A stretch of DNA of 64,000 bases from NCBI GenBank assembly GCA_963794065.1, contig CAWCDA010000042.1, positions 143,861 to 207,860 on the forward strand, in the 5' to 3' direction. Positions 8,004 through 17,735 of this stretch are shown here, one piece after another. The notes under the pieces were generated by a model. The model had not been told where the DNA came from, ran no database searches, and saw only the letters and a program-made list of their open reading frames with translations. Made by a program: the position numbers and the translations under genes. This DNA comes from an uncultured Actinomycetes bacterium (GTDB lineage Bacteria; Actinomycetota; UBA4738; HRBIN12). Each line of letters begins with the position of its first letter. Positions within the stretch are counted from its first letter, which is position 1.

Positions 8004-8262
8004 CCCGATCACGCGCCGCGGTTTCGTCACGAGGGCGACCGGCCTTGCGCTCGCGAGCGTAGGGGTTGCCGCCGGGCTCGGCCGCGACCGGGCGTTCGCC
8101 CATGTGAAGCCGTCGCCGTGCCGGGTGCGTTGCGAGCCGATCAGCCGAACCGGCTGTCTGTGCGGCGGCAACCTCTACCGCTGCTCCGGGTGCGGGGATA
8201 CCTTCCACGCGTGCATCGACCGGGACCGGTTCGGCTGGTTCTGTCTTCGTCGGGCGTGCTAG
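7996..8262 (+). CDS. small Tat-signal cysteine-rich secreted protein (10 Cys in about 53 mature residues)
   Basis: GTG 7996, in the frame of ORF 7957..8262, gives VADPITRRGFVTRATGLALASVGVAAGLGRDRAFA (twin-arginine signal). The mature part is HVKPSPCRVRCEPISRTGCLCGGNLYRCSGCGDTFHACIDRDRFGWFCLRRAC. Confidence 0.6.
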   Translation: MADPITRRGFVTRATGLALASVGVAAGLGRDRAFAHVKPSPCRVRCEPISRTGCLCGGNLYRCSGCGDTFHACIDRDRFGWFCLRRAC

Positions 8263-8263
8263 C

Positions 8264-9572
8264 TCAGATCGAGGAGCGCAGCCACACCGCGTAGTTGCTG
8301 AACGAGGGCTGGTACCGATCGAACGCGACCCGCCGCCTCGAGCCGGTGAGCGCGAGCGACGGTTCGTCGTTGGTACGGAACCTGCCGCGCGTCGCGTCGG
8401 TAAGACGCGCCGGCGCATGCCACGTCGTGCCGCCGTCGGGGGACTCGACGTACAGGATGTCGATACGAGCGCCCGCGGCGAACGGATCGCAGGCGTGCTT
8501 GGCGAGCGTGTTCCGACGGCAGCCCGCAGCGGCGACAGCGATGCCAGTGGACTCGAGCGGCAGTACCGCCGGCCCGTAGCCGTCGTCGAACCGGGTTCCG
8601 GCGATCGTGGTCTGCCACGTGAACACGGTCGACGGCGCGCCGAGCGTGACCCCGTCGAAGGTGCGCACCTCGAGGCTCGTAGCGGTGGAGTAGGCGATCG
8701 CCACGCGCGGGTCGGCCGGGTCGGCGGCGCCGCCGACGGCGGGGTAGTGCTGCCGATCGTTCGGGCTGCGGCCCGTCAGTTGGATCGGTGTCGCGCCGAT
8801 GAGATCGTCTCCCCCGACCGACGACGTCAACGCCCGTTGGATGCCCGTGTCGGTGGCGATCCACGCGATCGCCACGTCGGCGCCGCTGACGCCGATGTCG
8901 GGCAGCCCCGCATAGCCTTCGCCGGCGCCGAAGGGTTTCGACGTCGTCTGCCCGATCGTGGCCTTCGTCCAGCGCCGACCGCCGTTGTCGCTGTGGGCGA
9001 TGCGGATCCCGCCGTTGTCCGCCGAGGTCCACACCGCGAACAACCGACCCTCACCGATCGCGACACGCGGATAGTCGACGCGGCCGTTGGTCGGGGACAG
9101 ACGCTTGCGCGCCGACCATGTCTTCCCCTGGTTGCGGCTGACGCGTATCCACAACACCCTCGGCGCGCCCGCGGCGGTATCGGCCGTAGCTGCGCTGGGT
9201 CACCCAGCTCGCGATGACCGTGTTGCCGTCGGCGGCGATCGATACGCGTTCCGCGTGGGTCGAGGTGGGACTCAGCCGCCGCGGCTTGCTCCACGACGGG
9301 GGATCCGCTCCTGCAGGGGAACGCTGCACGAACACGCCCATGTGCGGTCCATCGTCGCTCGCGCACTTCTCGGACGGCGGCGGGCAGTCGCTCGCCCAGA
9401 TCGACAGCAGCTTCGAGCCCGTGGCGGCGAGCGACTTACCGGGGTTCCAGGCATAGGCGGCCGAGGCGCGGTGCGGAGCGCCGAACGTCGCCGCGAGCGA
9501 GGGCGCCGTCGTCGCCAACGCCGCCGTCACCACGGAGCCGACGACGAGCAGGCGCAGACCCCGGCGTGTCAT
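8264..9572 (-). CDS. secreted BNR-repeat (sialidase-like / exo-alpha-sialidase fold) protein with an apparent frameshift near 9160-9190
   Basis: The N-terminus from Met50 of ORF 9051..9719 is MTRRGLRLLVVGSVVTAALATTAPSLA (signal peptide). The body is ORF 8264..9157, with SxDxGxTW-type BNR motifs SRNQGKTW, SDNGGRRW and SPDGGTTW. Confidence 0.7.
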
Positions 9573-9607
9573 GGCTCGGCATCGTACCCGGGGTAGCATC
9601 CCCGCAG

Positions 9608-9690
9608 GCCCGGGTGCCGGAACGGTAGACGGAGGCGCCTTAAAAGCGCTCGCTCGAAAGAGCGTGTGGGTTCGACTCCCACCCCGGGCA
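9608..9690 (+). tRNA. tRNA-Leu (anticodon UAA), 83 nt, no encoded CCA
   Basis: Manual cloverleaf. The acceptor stem GCCCGGG pairs with CCCGGGC. The anticodon stem is GGCGC/GCGCT with loop CTTAAAA. There is a long variable arm CGCTCGAAAGAGCG. The T arm is GTGGG-TTCGACT-CCCAC and the discriminator is A. Confidence 0.9.
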
Positions 9691-9761
9691 CGGAACACGT
9701 ACGCGGGTCGGCACCGCAAGGGTTGAGCCAGGCTCCCGTCGTTCCTCGGTAGGCTGGCGCC

Positions 9762-10618
9762 GTGACCGCCGACAGGCTGCGTTCCTTGTGGGACTTCGAC
9801 GATCTCGGGGTGACCGAGACGCGCCTGCGAGCGCAGCTGGACGACGAGACCACCGATGCCGGGCGCGCCGAGGTCCTGAGCCAGCTCGCGCGGGTCGAGG
9901 GGTTGCGAGGCGCGTTCGACGCCGCCGATCGGCTGCTCGACGACGCGGTGGCGCTTGCGGGCGACGACGAGGTCGCCGGGGCGCGGATCGATCTCGAGCG
10001 GGGGCGCACCCGCCGGTCGAGCGGCGATCCGGAGGCCGCGCGCCCGCTATTCGACGCCGCGTTCGCGGCCACGATCGACGCCGGCCAGACCTTCATCGCG
10101 GTCGATGCGGCGCACATGGCAGCGCTCGTCGCACCCGACCGCGACGGGTTCGTCGCGTGGACCGAGCGGGGATCGAGCTGGCCGGCGGCGAACGAGGATG
10201 CCCGCTCCTGGCTCGGCCCGCTCTTCAACAACATCGGATGGGAGTACTACGAGGCGGGGGAGTTCGAGGAGGCGCTCACGGCGTTCCGGCGAGGGCTTGC
10301 GGTCCGCGAGGAGGCGTCGGAAGAAGGGCAGTCCGTCGAGATCGCCCGATATGCGGTCGGGAAGGCCCTGCGCGCTCTCGGAAGGTCCGACGAGGCGGTA
10401 CCGCTGCTCGAGAGGGCTCTCGCGTGGACCGAGGCGGCGGCGCACCCGACGGCTGGTTCCACGAGGAGCTTGCCCTGGAGTACGCGGCGCTCGGTCGCGA
10501 TACGGACGCAGCGTTGCAGGCGCGTGCGGCGATCCCTTTGCTCGAACGCGACGATCCCGACTTCGCGTCGGACGATGAGCGGAGCGGCGAACTCAGGAAG
10601 ATCGCAGCGGCCGAGTAG
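9762..10618 (+). CDS. TPR-like repeat protein with an apparent frameshift near 10440
   Basis: ORF 9762..10670 is plausible up to ...LERALAWTEAA. It then continues in the frame of ORF 9788..10618 as APDGWFHEELALEYAALGRDTDAALQARAAIPLLERDDPDF.... It has a helical-repeat composition (NIGWEYYEAGEFEEALTAFRRGL). Confidence 0.5.
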
Positions 10619-10722
10619 CCGTGTTGGGCGCCGGTTCCCGCTCGACGTGACCTCAGAAACGCTGTCGTGACGAACGCTGCGCGGCGTTTGACCGCGGGGG
10701 TGCCCAAGAGCACAATCCGCCG

Positions 10723-12966
10723 ATGGGAGGAACACCTGCCCGTATCCAGCGGGTCAGTGCCCTCGTCGCGATCGGAGCCGTCGCGTGCGCGATGGCGCTC
10801 GCGTTCGGGCGGATCCTGCAGGGACGGACGCCGACATACCGGCTGCTGTGCGTTGGGCTCCTCTCCGGCGTTGTCGCTTGGGCGGCCGAGCGCCGGGGGA
10901 TGCTGCTCGCCACGCTTCTCAGCGCGATCGGCCTCCTGCTCGTGCTCGGCTGGGTCGTCGCGCCGCGCACACTGTGGCTCGGACTGCCGACGGTTGAAAC
11001 GGTGCGCACCTTCGGCCCGCTCGCCACGCAGATCGGTGCGCAGGCGCGCGAGTACGTGTCCCCCGCCCCGGCGACACCGGCATTGCTGCTTGCGGGTGCG
11101 ATCGCGGTCTGGGCGGCGATCTTCTCGTGCTACGCACTGGCCTTCCGCGCGCAGAGTCCGCTCCTGGCGCTCGTCCCGCCGCTCGCGTTGGTGGTGTTCG
11201 CCGACGGGGTCTTGGACCAGTTCTCCCGGCCGGTGTACGGCATCGGTTTCCTGGTCGCCGCCCTCGCCGTGCTGTTCGCGGACTCGGTGCGACGGCTGCG
11301 ATCGTGGGGGCCCGTGTGGGGACAGGCCGGGGACGCGCGCGATCGGCTCTGGCCGGTGACCGGGCGGAACGCGCGACGTGTCGGGCTCACGGTGCTCGCG
11401 GTTGCGGTGGTCGTCCCGTGGGCCGTGCCCGGGTTCGGCGGCAGCGCGGGTCTCGGTCTCTTCTCCGTCGGCGGCGGCGGCGGTGGGATCGGGGTGAGCC
11501 CGTTCGCCTCGATCGGCGCGGTGCTCAACGATCCGTCGAGCTCGACCACGCCCGTGTTCTCGATCCGGGCGACGCGTGGTTCGTACTGGCGGATGCTGGC
11601 TCTCGACCAGTTCGACGGCACGACGTGGGGGGCCACCCCCAGCGAAGGGGCATCGATCCCACCCGGTGGTGTCATCCCCAGCCTTGCACCGGGTGGACAC
11701 GAGCTCACGCAGCACGTGACGGTCGAGGGCGATTTCACCTCCCCGTGGCTCGTCGCGGCGGCGGAGCCGACCTCGATCCACGTCCACGGGAGCGTCAGCT
11801 GGCACCCCGCGTCCTCGTCGGTACAGGTCGACCCGTGGCCCGATCCCGGCGACGGCTACGTCGTCACATCCGCGCAGGAGCTGCCGACCGATGACGACCT
11901 TCGGAGCCTAGACATCATCCCCCCGAATCCGGCACTGAGTGTGCTGCCGCCCGGCATCCCATCGGCGGTGGCCGACACCGCGCACGCATGGACGGACGGC
12001 CAGCCGACGACGTTCGACGAAGTCATGTCGATCGAGCGACACCTGCGCAGCTCGCCCTTCTACTACGATCCGACGGCGTCATACCCCAACGATCCCCAGA
12101 GCTTTGCGGACGTCTTGACCACGCACGCCGGGTTCTGTCAGCACTTCGCGAGCTTGATGGCGGTGATGCTTCGCGAGCTCGACATCCCGGCGAGGGTCGG
12201 CTACGGATTCACCCCTGGGACGCACGTCGGAGATACCTGGACCGTGATGCTGTCGAACCTGCACACCTGGGTGGAGGTGTTATTCCCCGGCTATGGCTGG
12301 CTGACGTTCGAACCCACGCCTGGTGGTGGTTTCGGCGACCCCTCGGCAGCCTCATACGACCACATCGCCACAGGTCCTGGCCCGGGGGACACCTGCAAGA
12401 AACCGGGCGGATGCGGCCCCGGGGGTGGGAGTGTCACGCCGACCCCGCCCCCGATTGAGACTCCGACTCCCACCCAGTCCGTGTCTGTGAACGGCGGGGA
12501 GGACGAGACGGGATCCGGCTCGCAGGCTCCCGGCCCTGGGTCTCGATCCGGCGGCGGGATCCGTTCGGCGCTCGGCGTGGCGATCCTCCTCGTTGCCATC
12601 GCGATCGGCATCCCGCTCCTTCGTCAGGCGCGCCGCGATCGCCGCCTTCGCGGCGCACGTGACCCGCGGAGCTCGATCTTGGTCACATACGAGATCTTCG
12701 CGGAACGAGCCGGAGCACTCGGCTGGCGTCGAAAACCGCACGAGACCGTCGATGAGTTCCGCCGCCGCCTCGCGGGGCGAGTGTTGGGGAGCGATCGCGA
12801 TCCCGCGATGGATGTCCTCGCCGCCACCGTGGTGAAGGCGGCCTACGGGCGACGCGCGCCCGACAGCGACGACGCGCTTGTGGTGGCGGCCAGCGCCTCC
12901 TCGGTATTGGCGCGGCTTCGCGACGCGACGTCGTGGCCTCGACGCCTCCTCGGCGCGTACCGCTGA
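10723..12966 (+). CDS. transglutaminase-family membrane protein (TgpA-like: DUF3488 N-domain, transglutaminase core, C-terminal TM/DUF4129-like)
   Basis: Intact 747-aa ORF with multiple N-terminal TM helices. The core motif is GFCQHFASLMAVMLRELDIPARVGYGF...HTWVEVLFPGYGWLTFEPTP (Cys-His-Asp core). Confidence 0.85.
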   Translation: MGGTPARIQRVSALVAIGAVACAMALAFGRILQGRTPTYRLLCVGLLSGVVAWAAERRGMLLATLLSAIGLLLVLGWVVAPRTLWLGLPTVETVRTFGPLATQIGAQAREYVSPAPATPALLLAGAIAVWAAIFSCYALAFRAQSPLLALVPPLALVVFADGVLDQFSRPVYGIGFLVAALAVLFADSVRRLRSWGPVWGQAGDARDRLWPVTGRNARRVGLTVLAVAVVVPWAVPGFGGSAGLGLFSVGGGGGGIGVSPFASIGAVLNDPSSSTTPVFSIRATRGSYWRMLALDQFDGTTWGATPSEGASIPPGGVIPSLAPGGHELTQHVTVEGDFTSPWLVAAAEPTSIHVHGSVSWHPASSSVQVDPWPDPGDGYVVTSAQELPTDDDLRSLDIIPPNPALSVLPPGIPSAVADTAHAWTDGQPTTFDEVMSIERHLRSSPFYYDPTASYPNDPQSFADVLTTHAGFCQHFASLMAVMLRELDIPARVGYGFTPGTHVGDTWTVMLSNLHTWVEVLFPGYGWLTFEPTPGGGFGDPSAASYDHIATGPGPGDTCKKPGGCGPGGGSVTPTPPPIETPTPTQSVSVNGGEDETGSGSQAPGPGSRSGGGIRSALGVAILLVAIAIGIPLLRQARRDRRLRGARDPRSSILVTYEIFAERAGALGWRRKPHETVDEFRRRLAGRVLGSDRDPAMDVLAATVVKAAYGRRAPDSDDALVVAASASSVLARLRDATSWPRRLLGAYR

Positions 12967-12992
12967 TCGCGATCCGTCGGCACGGGTCAGGG

Positions 12993-13283
12993 CTAGACGT
13001 CGTTGACGGGCGGGACGTCGATCACGATCCGCTCGGCCTGTCCACCGTCGAGCTCCCAGTCGCGCAACGCCTCGACGGCTTTGATCACGAGCGCGGCGCC
13101 GCCGAGCGCCTCGAGCCAGCGGAACAGCGGGTGCCGGCGCAGAAGGGGGATCCGGAACAAGAGCGGCACCGAGATGATCACACCGGTCGCCAGCAGCCGG
13201 CGGAATCGCGCTCCCGCCGGCGACGCCAGGAACGCACGCGCCTGATCCCGGGTCAGCACGACCTTCGGTCCGATCGTTCCCAT
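12993..13283 (-). CDS. small hypothetical membrane-associated protein
   Basis: 96-aa ORF with one hydrophobic stretch (LLATGVIISVPLLF). It is convergent with the transglutaminase gene. No family recognised. Confidence 0.35.
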   Translation of the reverse strand: MGTIGPKVVLTRDQARAFLASPAGARFRRLLATGVIISVPLLFRIPLLRRHPLFRWLEALGGAALVIKAVEALRDWELDGGQAERIVIDVPPVNDV

Positions 13284-13540
13284 GGCCCGAGTCTACGGTT
13301 GCCGGCCGGAACGCAGCCCGCCTGGGGCCTATCGGTCGTAGGTCCGTCGGATGCGCCGGCACCTCGCGCGGCGGACGCCCGAAGACTCGGATCCGCTCGC
13401 CCGACGCCGACGTCCGGGCCCCGTCAGGGGGGCATGGATTGTGCCCAATCCGCCCGATTCCCACGTGACTACAGCGGCGGATACTCCATCGAACAACGCC
13501 TGTTCCTGGAGAGGCCGGCGGTCCGAGGAGAGGTATCACG

Positions 13541-15066
13541 ATGAGGCGAACGTTCCGCAGATGTATCGGCTCGTCCGTCGTCGTCATGCTCGTGACGGCC
13601 ACCACGGCGCTGGTCATGGCCGCTCCGGCCGCAGCGACCGACTCCTACGATCCCGCGGCCGACGTCAACTCGATGAGCCGCACCACCGCCTACACCGGCG
13701 TCACGGACTGGTGGGACGCGGGCTTGACCGGCGCTGGCGTCGACGTCGCCGTGATCGACACGGGCGTGATGCCGGTCGACGGTCTCGCGACGCCCGGCAA
13801 GATCGTCTACGGGCCCGACCTCTCGCTCGACTCGCAGGACTCGGAGCTGCGCAACCTCGATGCGAACGGGCACGGAACGTTCATGGCCGGCATCATCGCC
13901 GGCAACGGGGATTCGTTCCTCGGTGTCGCGCCGGACGCCAGGATCGTGAGCGTCAAGGTGGGCACCGCCAACGGCAGCGTCGACGTGTCGCAGGTGATCG
14001 CGGCGATCGACTGGGTCGTGCAACACCGCCAGGACAACGGACTGAACATCCGGGTGCTCAACCTGTCGTACGGGACGGACTCCACGCAGCCCTACACGGT
14101 TGACCCGCTGGCCTTCGCGGTCGAGCAGGCATGGAAGGCGGGCATCTTCGTGGTGGCCGCTACGGGCAACGAGGGCTACGTGTTCAAGACGGGCACGCTG
14201 ACCAACCCTGCCTTCGATCCGAAGATCTTCGCCGTCGGCGCATCCGATTCGATGGGCACAGCCAAGATGGGCGACGACACGGTCGCTCCGTTCTCTTCGA
14301 CCGGGAGCAACGCCCGCTACGTCGACGTCGTGGCGCCCGGCGCGCACGTCGTCAGCCTGCGGGTGCCGGGCTCCTACATCGATCAGGCGTACGGATCGAC
14401 CGGGTACGTCAGCGACACGCTGTTCCGCGGCAGTGGCACGAGCGAGGCGGCCGCCTTCACGTCGGGCGAGGCGGCACTCGCGATCCAGCAGCGTCCCGGG
14501 ATCACTCCCGACAAGCTGAAGAAGCTGTTCCTGAGCAACACGCGCTCGCTCACCGGCTTCTCCTCGATCCAACAGGGTCAGGGCTTGGTCGACATGTCGG
14601 CGATGCTGAACGCCCGCGCCTGTAACGCCCCGAAGCAGTGGAACACGATCGACTGGTCGACCGGGACGGGCTCGCTCGAGCTCTCCCGGGGCACCGAACA
14701 CCTGACGGACGGTGGCCTGCCACTCATCGGTGAGTTCGACATCTTCGGTCACGGGTTCGACTCGCGGCAGATGGCGGCCGCGGAAGCTGCACAGTCGTCG
14801 TGGGTTGAGGGCGATTGGAACGGCAGCACGTGGTCGCGGCAGCACCTGGAGTGGCAACACGTGGTCCGGGAGCACGTGGTCCGGGCAGCACCTGGAGTGG
14901 CAACACGTGGTCCGGCAGCACGTGGTCCGGCAACACCTGGAGCGGCAACACGTGGTCCGGCAGCACGTGGTCCGGCAACACTTGGAGTGGCAACACGTGG
15001 TCGGGCAACACCTGGAGCGGCAACAGTTGGTCGGGCGACTCCTGGCTGGGCGCGACCTGGCGCTGA
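13541..15066 (+). CDS. secreted S8 subtilisin-family serine protease with a C-terminal Trp-rich pentapeptide-repeat tail; two apparent +1 insertions inside the repeat
   Basis: Signal peptide [32 protein letters not shown]. Catalytic triad contexts VAVIDTGV (Asp), [13 protein letters not shown] (His) and [11 protein letters not shown] (Ser). The tail is read across frames 2, then 0, then 1 (extra C at 14837, extra G in GGG at 14883-14885). It ends at TGA 15064-15066. Confidence 0.8.
14822..15060 (+). repeat. 15-nt tandem coding repeat, 16 units, encoding G-(N/S)-T-W-S
   Basis: Units GGCAGCACGTGGTCG / GGCAACACCTGGAGC and similar, read directly from the sequence. Peptides: [80 protein letters not shown]. 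Confidence 0.9.
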
Positions 15067-15092
15067 TCGCGATCCGACGTACAGGCGGAAGG

Positions 15093-17735
15093 ATGCAGAT
15101 GGGATCCGTGGTCTCGACGAGGGAGCGACGAGCATCGATCCTCGGCTCGGGGGTCGTGCGCGTCTGGTGCTTCATCGCCGTCATCGCGCTCGCATCCGCG
15201 GGGGTCTGGGCGTTCAACCTGTCGCACTTCGGCACGCTGAGCACACCGGGCGCGAACGCCCTTCCCTGGCCGCTGCTCGCCGTCGTCTTCTACCTCGCGG
15301 AGACCTACGTCGTGCACCTGCAGTTCCGCAAGCAGGCCCACACGCTCTCGGCCTCCGAGATCGGTCTGACCGTCGGCCTGTTCTTCGTCTCGCCGATCGG
15401 TCTGCTCGTGGCCCAACTGGTCGGCACGGGCATCGCGATCGTCGTGCATCGGCGGCAGAAGGCGATCAAGCTCTGGTTCAACCTGGCCGAGGTCTCGCTC
15501 GCCTGCGGTCTCGGGCTGCTGGTGTTCCGGTCCTCGTCGACGGAGGGAGCATGGGTCCCCAGGCGTGGGCGGCCGCCCTGCTCGCGGCCGGCGGTCGCGC
15601 ACACGTGCGGCGTGCTCTTGGTGACGGCCGTGATCGCGGTGGCGGAGGGGCGTCTGGTCGCACCGCAGCTGCCGCGCACGCTGGCCGTGTCGTTGGTCGG
15701 GGCGCTGTCGGCCTGCTGTCTCGGTCTCCTCGTGGTCGAGCTGGTCGTGAAGGATCCGCCTGCGCTGCTGTTGGTGGCGCTCCCGTTGCTCGCGTGCGGG
15801 GTGTCGTTCCGTGCGTACATGATGCAGCGCGAGCAACGGGAGCGTGTCGAGTTCCTGTACGAGTCGATGCGCGCGACGCAGGGCGCGCCCGAGTTCGGGC
15901 TTGCGGTCGGCGAGCTGTTGGTCGCGGCGCGCCGGCTCCTCCGCGCGGAGTACGCGGAGATCCTCCTGCTGTCGCCGATCGCCGGCGAGCCGGCGCTGCG
16001 CAGCACCAGCGGGCCGGAGGGGGAGGTCCTGATGCGGCGGGAGAGCCTGACGCGCGGCGACGACCTCGCGCTCGAGGTGGCGTCCGGCGCCTCGCGCCCG
16101 GTGTTGTTGCCGCGGCGTCGCGCTCCACACCCGCTCGACAGGCTGCTCACGTCGCGCGGCCTCGAGGACGCGATCGTTTGCACGCTGAACGATGAGGATC
16201 GGGTGTTCGGCCTGCTGCTCGTCGGCGACCGGGTCGGGGACGTCAGCACGTTCGCCGATGAAGACCTCGGCCTCTGCGAGACGTTCGCGGGCCATGCGAG
16301 CGTGCTGCTGGAGAACGGTCGTCTCGAGCGTTCGCTCGCCCAGGTGACCGAGCTCACCGAAGAGCTGCACCACCAGGCCTATACCGACGCGTTGACCCAA
16401 CTCCCGAACCGGTTGCTGTTCGCGGAGCGCCTGGGCGAGACGCTCGAAGGCGGCGATCGGCGCACGCACGCGGTGCTGTTCCTCGATCTCGACCGGTTCA
16501 AGGTCGTGAACGACAGCTGGGGGCATGCCGCCGGCGACGACCTCCTCGTGCAGGTCGCGCAGCGGATCCAGGGCGCCGTCCGCCCACAGGACACGCCCGC
16601 CCGCCTGGGCGGCGACGAGTTCGCCGTCCTCATGCGCGACACGGATGCCGCCGGCGCGATCCACGCGACCGAGCGCCTGATCGATCTCATCAACGCCCCG
16701 ATCTCGTTGTCTTCCGGCCACCAGGCGACGGTGCACGCGAGCGTCGGCGTCGCCGTCACCGGCCCCGACGCCTCGACCCCCGAGGAGTTGCTTCGCAACG
16801 CCGACCTCGCGATGTACACGGCAAAGACCGAGGAGCGCCCCTACGCGCTCTTCGAGCCCGCCTTGCACCACCGCATCCGCGATCGCCGATCGCTCGCCCT
16901 GGAGCTCGAGCAGGCCGCGGAACGGGGCGAGTTCGTCGCCTACTACCAGCCGGTGGTCTCGCTGGTCGATGGCACGATCCAGGCGTTCGAGGCGCTCGCT
17001 CGCTGGCAGCACCCCGAGCGAGGGCTGCTCGAGCCGGCCGAGTTCCTGAGCGTGGCGGAGGAGACCGGATTGATCTTCGAGGTCGGCGCCAGCGTGCGGT
17101 CGCAGGCGCTGCGGTCCGCGGGCCGCTGGCCCGACGCACACGCCGAAGCCGGGAACCTCGGCCTCTGGCTCAACGTCGCCCCCGGTGAGCTCACCGACGA
17201 TCGTCTGGTTGAAGACCTGGCGCTCGCGATGACGCGCTCCCATGTCGACGCCCGACGCGTCACGGTTGAGATCACGGAGTCGACCGTCATCCGGGACGAG
17301 TCCGGCGCCTTGCGCGCGATGCATCGGCTGCGCGACCTGGGATTGCAGCTGTCGATCGATGACTTCGGCACCGGCTACTCGTCGCTGTCGCGTCTCGCGG
17401 AGTTCCCGATCGAGCTCCTGAAGATCCCGAAGCCGTTCGTCGACCGCCTTGTCGGCCCCGATGCCGACCAGACGTTCGTCGATGCCATCCTGCGGCTCGC
17501 GGGATCGCTCGGTCTCGTCTCGACGAGCGAGGGCGTCGAGCACGTCGGTCAGGCGCGCGCGTTGCGCGATCTCGGATGCGGGCTCGCGCAGGGATTCCTG
17601 TTCGCTGAACCGATGACCGGCGAGAGCGTGTTCCGTCTCCTGCGGAGCAGCGCAGCGCATCGGGGAGCGCCCACGCTTCCCGCCGCGCGCTCGTTCGCGC
17701 GGTCCTACGAGCCGTCCGCCGTCGCGTCGTCCTAG
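15093..17735 (+). CDS. membrane-bound GAF-like / GGDEF / EAL protein (c-di-GMP synthesis and hydrolysis)
   Basis: ATG 15093 ([11 protein letters not shown]) lies in the frame of ORF 14712..17735 and is preceded by AGGCGGAAGG. It has about 8 TM helices, an intact GGDEF (RLGGDEFAV) and EAL motifs ([20 protein letters not shown]). Confidence 0.85.
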   Translation: MQMGSVVSTRERRASILGSGVVRVWCFIAVIALASAGVWAFNLSHFGTLSTPGANALPWPLLAVVFYLAETYVVHLQFRKQAHTLSASEIGLTVGLFFVSPIGLLVAQLVGTGIAIVVHRRQKAIKLWFNLAEVSLACGLGLLVFRSSSTEGAWVPRRGRPPCSRPAVAHTCGVLLVTAVIAVAEGRLVAPQLPRTLAVSLVGALSACCLGLLVVELVVKDPPALLLVALPLLACGVSFRAYMMQREQRERVEFLYESMRATQGAPEFGLAVGELLVAARRLLRAEYAEILLLSPIAGEPALRSTSGPEGEVLMRRESLTRGDDLALEVASGASRPVLLPRRRAPHPLDRLLTSRGLEDAIVCTLNDEDRVFGLLLVGDRVGDVSTFADEDLGLCETFAGHASVLLENGRLERSLAQVTELTEELHHQAYTDALTQLPNRLLFAERLGETLEGGDRRTHAVLFLDLDRFKVVNDSWGHAAGDDLLVQVAQRIQGAVRPQDTPARLGGDEFAVLMRDTDAAGAIHATERLIDLINAPISLSSGHQATVHASVGVAVTGPDASTPEELLRNADLAMYTAKTEERPYALFEPALHHRIRDRRSLALELEQAAERGEFVAYYQPVVSLVDGTIQAFEALARWQHPERGLLEPAEFLSVAEETGLIFEVGASVRSQALRSAGRWPDAHAEAGNLGLWLNVAPGELTDDRLVEDLALAMTRSHVDARRVTVEITESTVIRDESGALRAMHRLRDLGLQLSIDDFGTGYSSLSRLAEFPIELLKIPKPFVDRLVGPDADQTFVDAILRLAGSLGLVSTSEGVEHVGQARALRDLGCGLAQGFLFAEPMTGESVFRLLRSSAAHRGAPTLPAARSFARSYEPSAVASS

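Noticed and set aside
9573-9719. Upstream extension of the BNR-protein ORF (9051..9719) across the tRNA.
   Set aside because: It overlaps the tRNA-Leu on the opposite strand. Met50 gives a canonical signal peptide, so the start was set at 9572.
9573-9761. tRNA-Leu as an integration hotspot or genomic-island border.
   Set aside because: I noticed no integrase, no direct repeat of the tRNA 3' end and no compositional shift on either side. The flanking genes look like ordinary chromosomal genes.
13284-13540. The 257-nt leader upstream of the S8 protease as a riboswitch (long-range pairing CCGAGTCT 13285-13292 with AGACTCGG 13383-13390).
   Set aside because: I could not match it to any riboswitch consensus I know. 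A single 8-bp complement in GC-rich DNA is not significant.
14822-15060. Tandem 15-nt repeats as a possible CRISPR or VNTR-type non-coding array.
   Set aside because: There are no spacers. The repeat is contiguous with, and in coding phase with, the protease gene, and it encodes a regular GxTWS peptide.
15530-15610. Possible compensated frameshift in the TM domain of the GGDEF-EAL protein ([23 protein letters not shown] versus alternative-frame [14 protein letters not shown]).
   Set aside because: Both readings are short and neither is diagnostic. There is no family motif in this region to decide the matter, so it is left as an intact ORF.
13541-16195. The 884-aa single-frame ORF, and the 1007-aa ORF 14712..17735, as real fused proteins.
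   Set aside because: After 14837 the first frame leaves the pentapeptide repeat and reads nonsense across the next gene. The second ORF's first 127 codons are the frame-0 piece of the same repeat. The GGDEF-EAL protein starts at ATG 15093 with an RBS.
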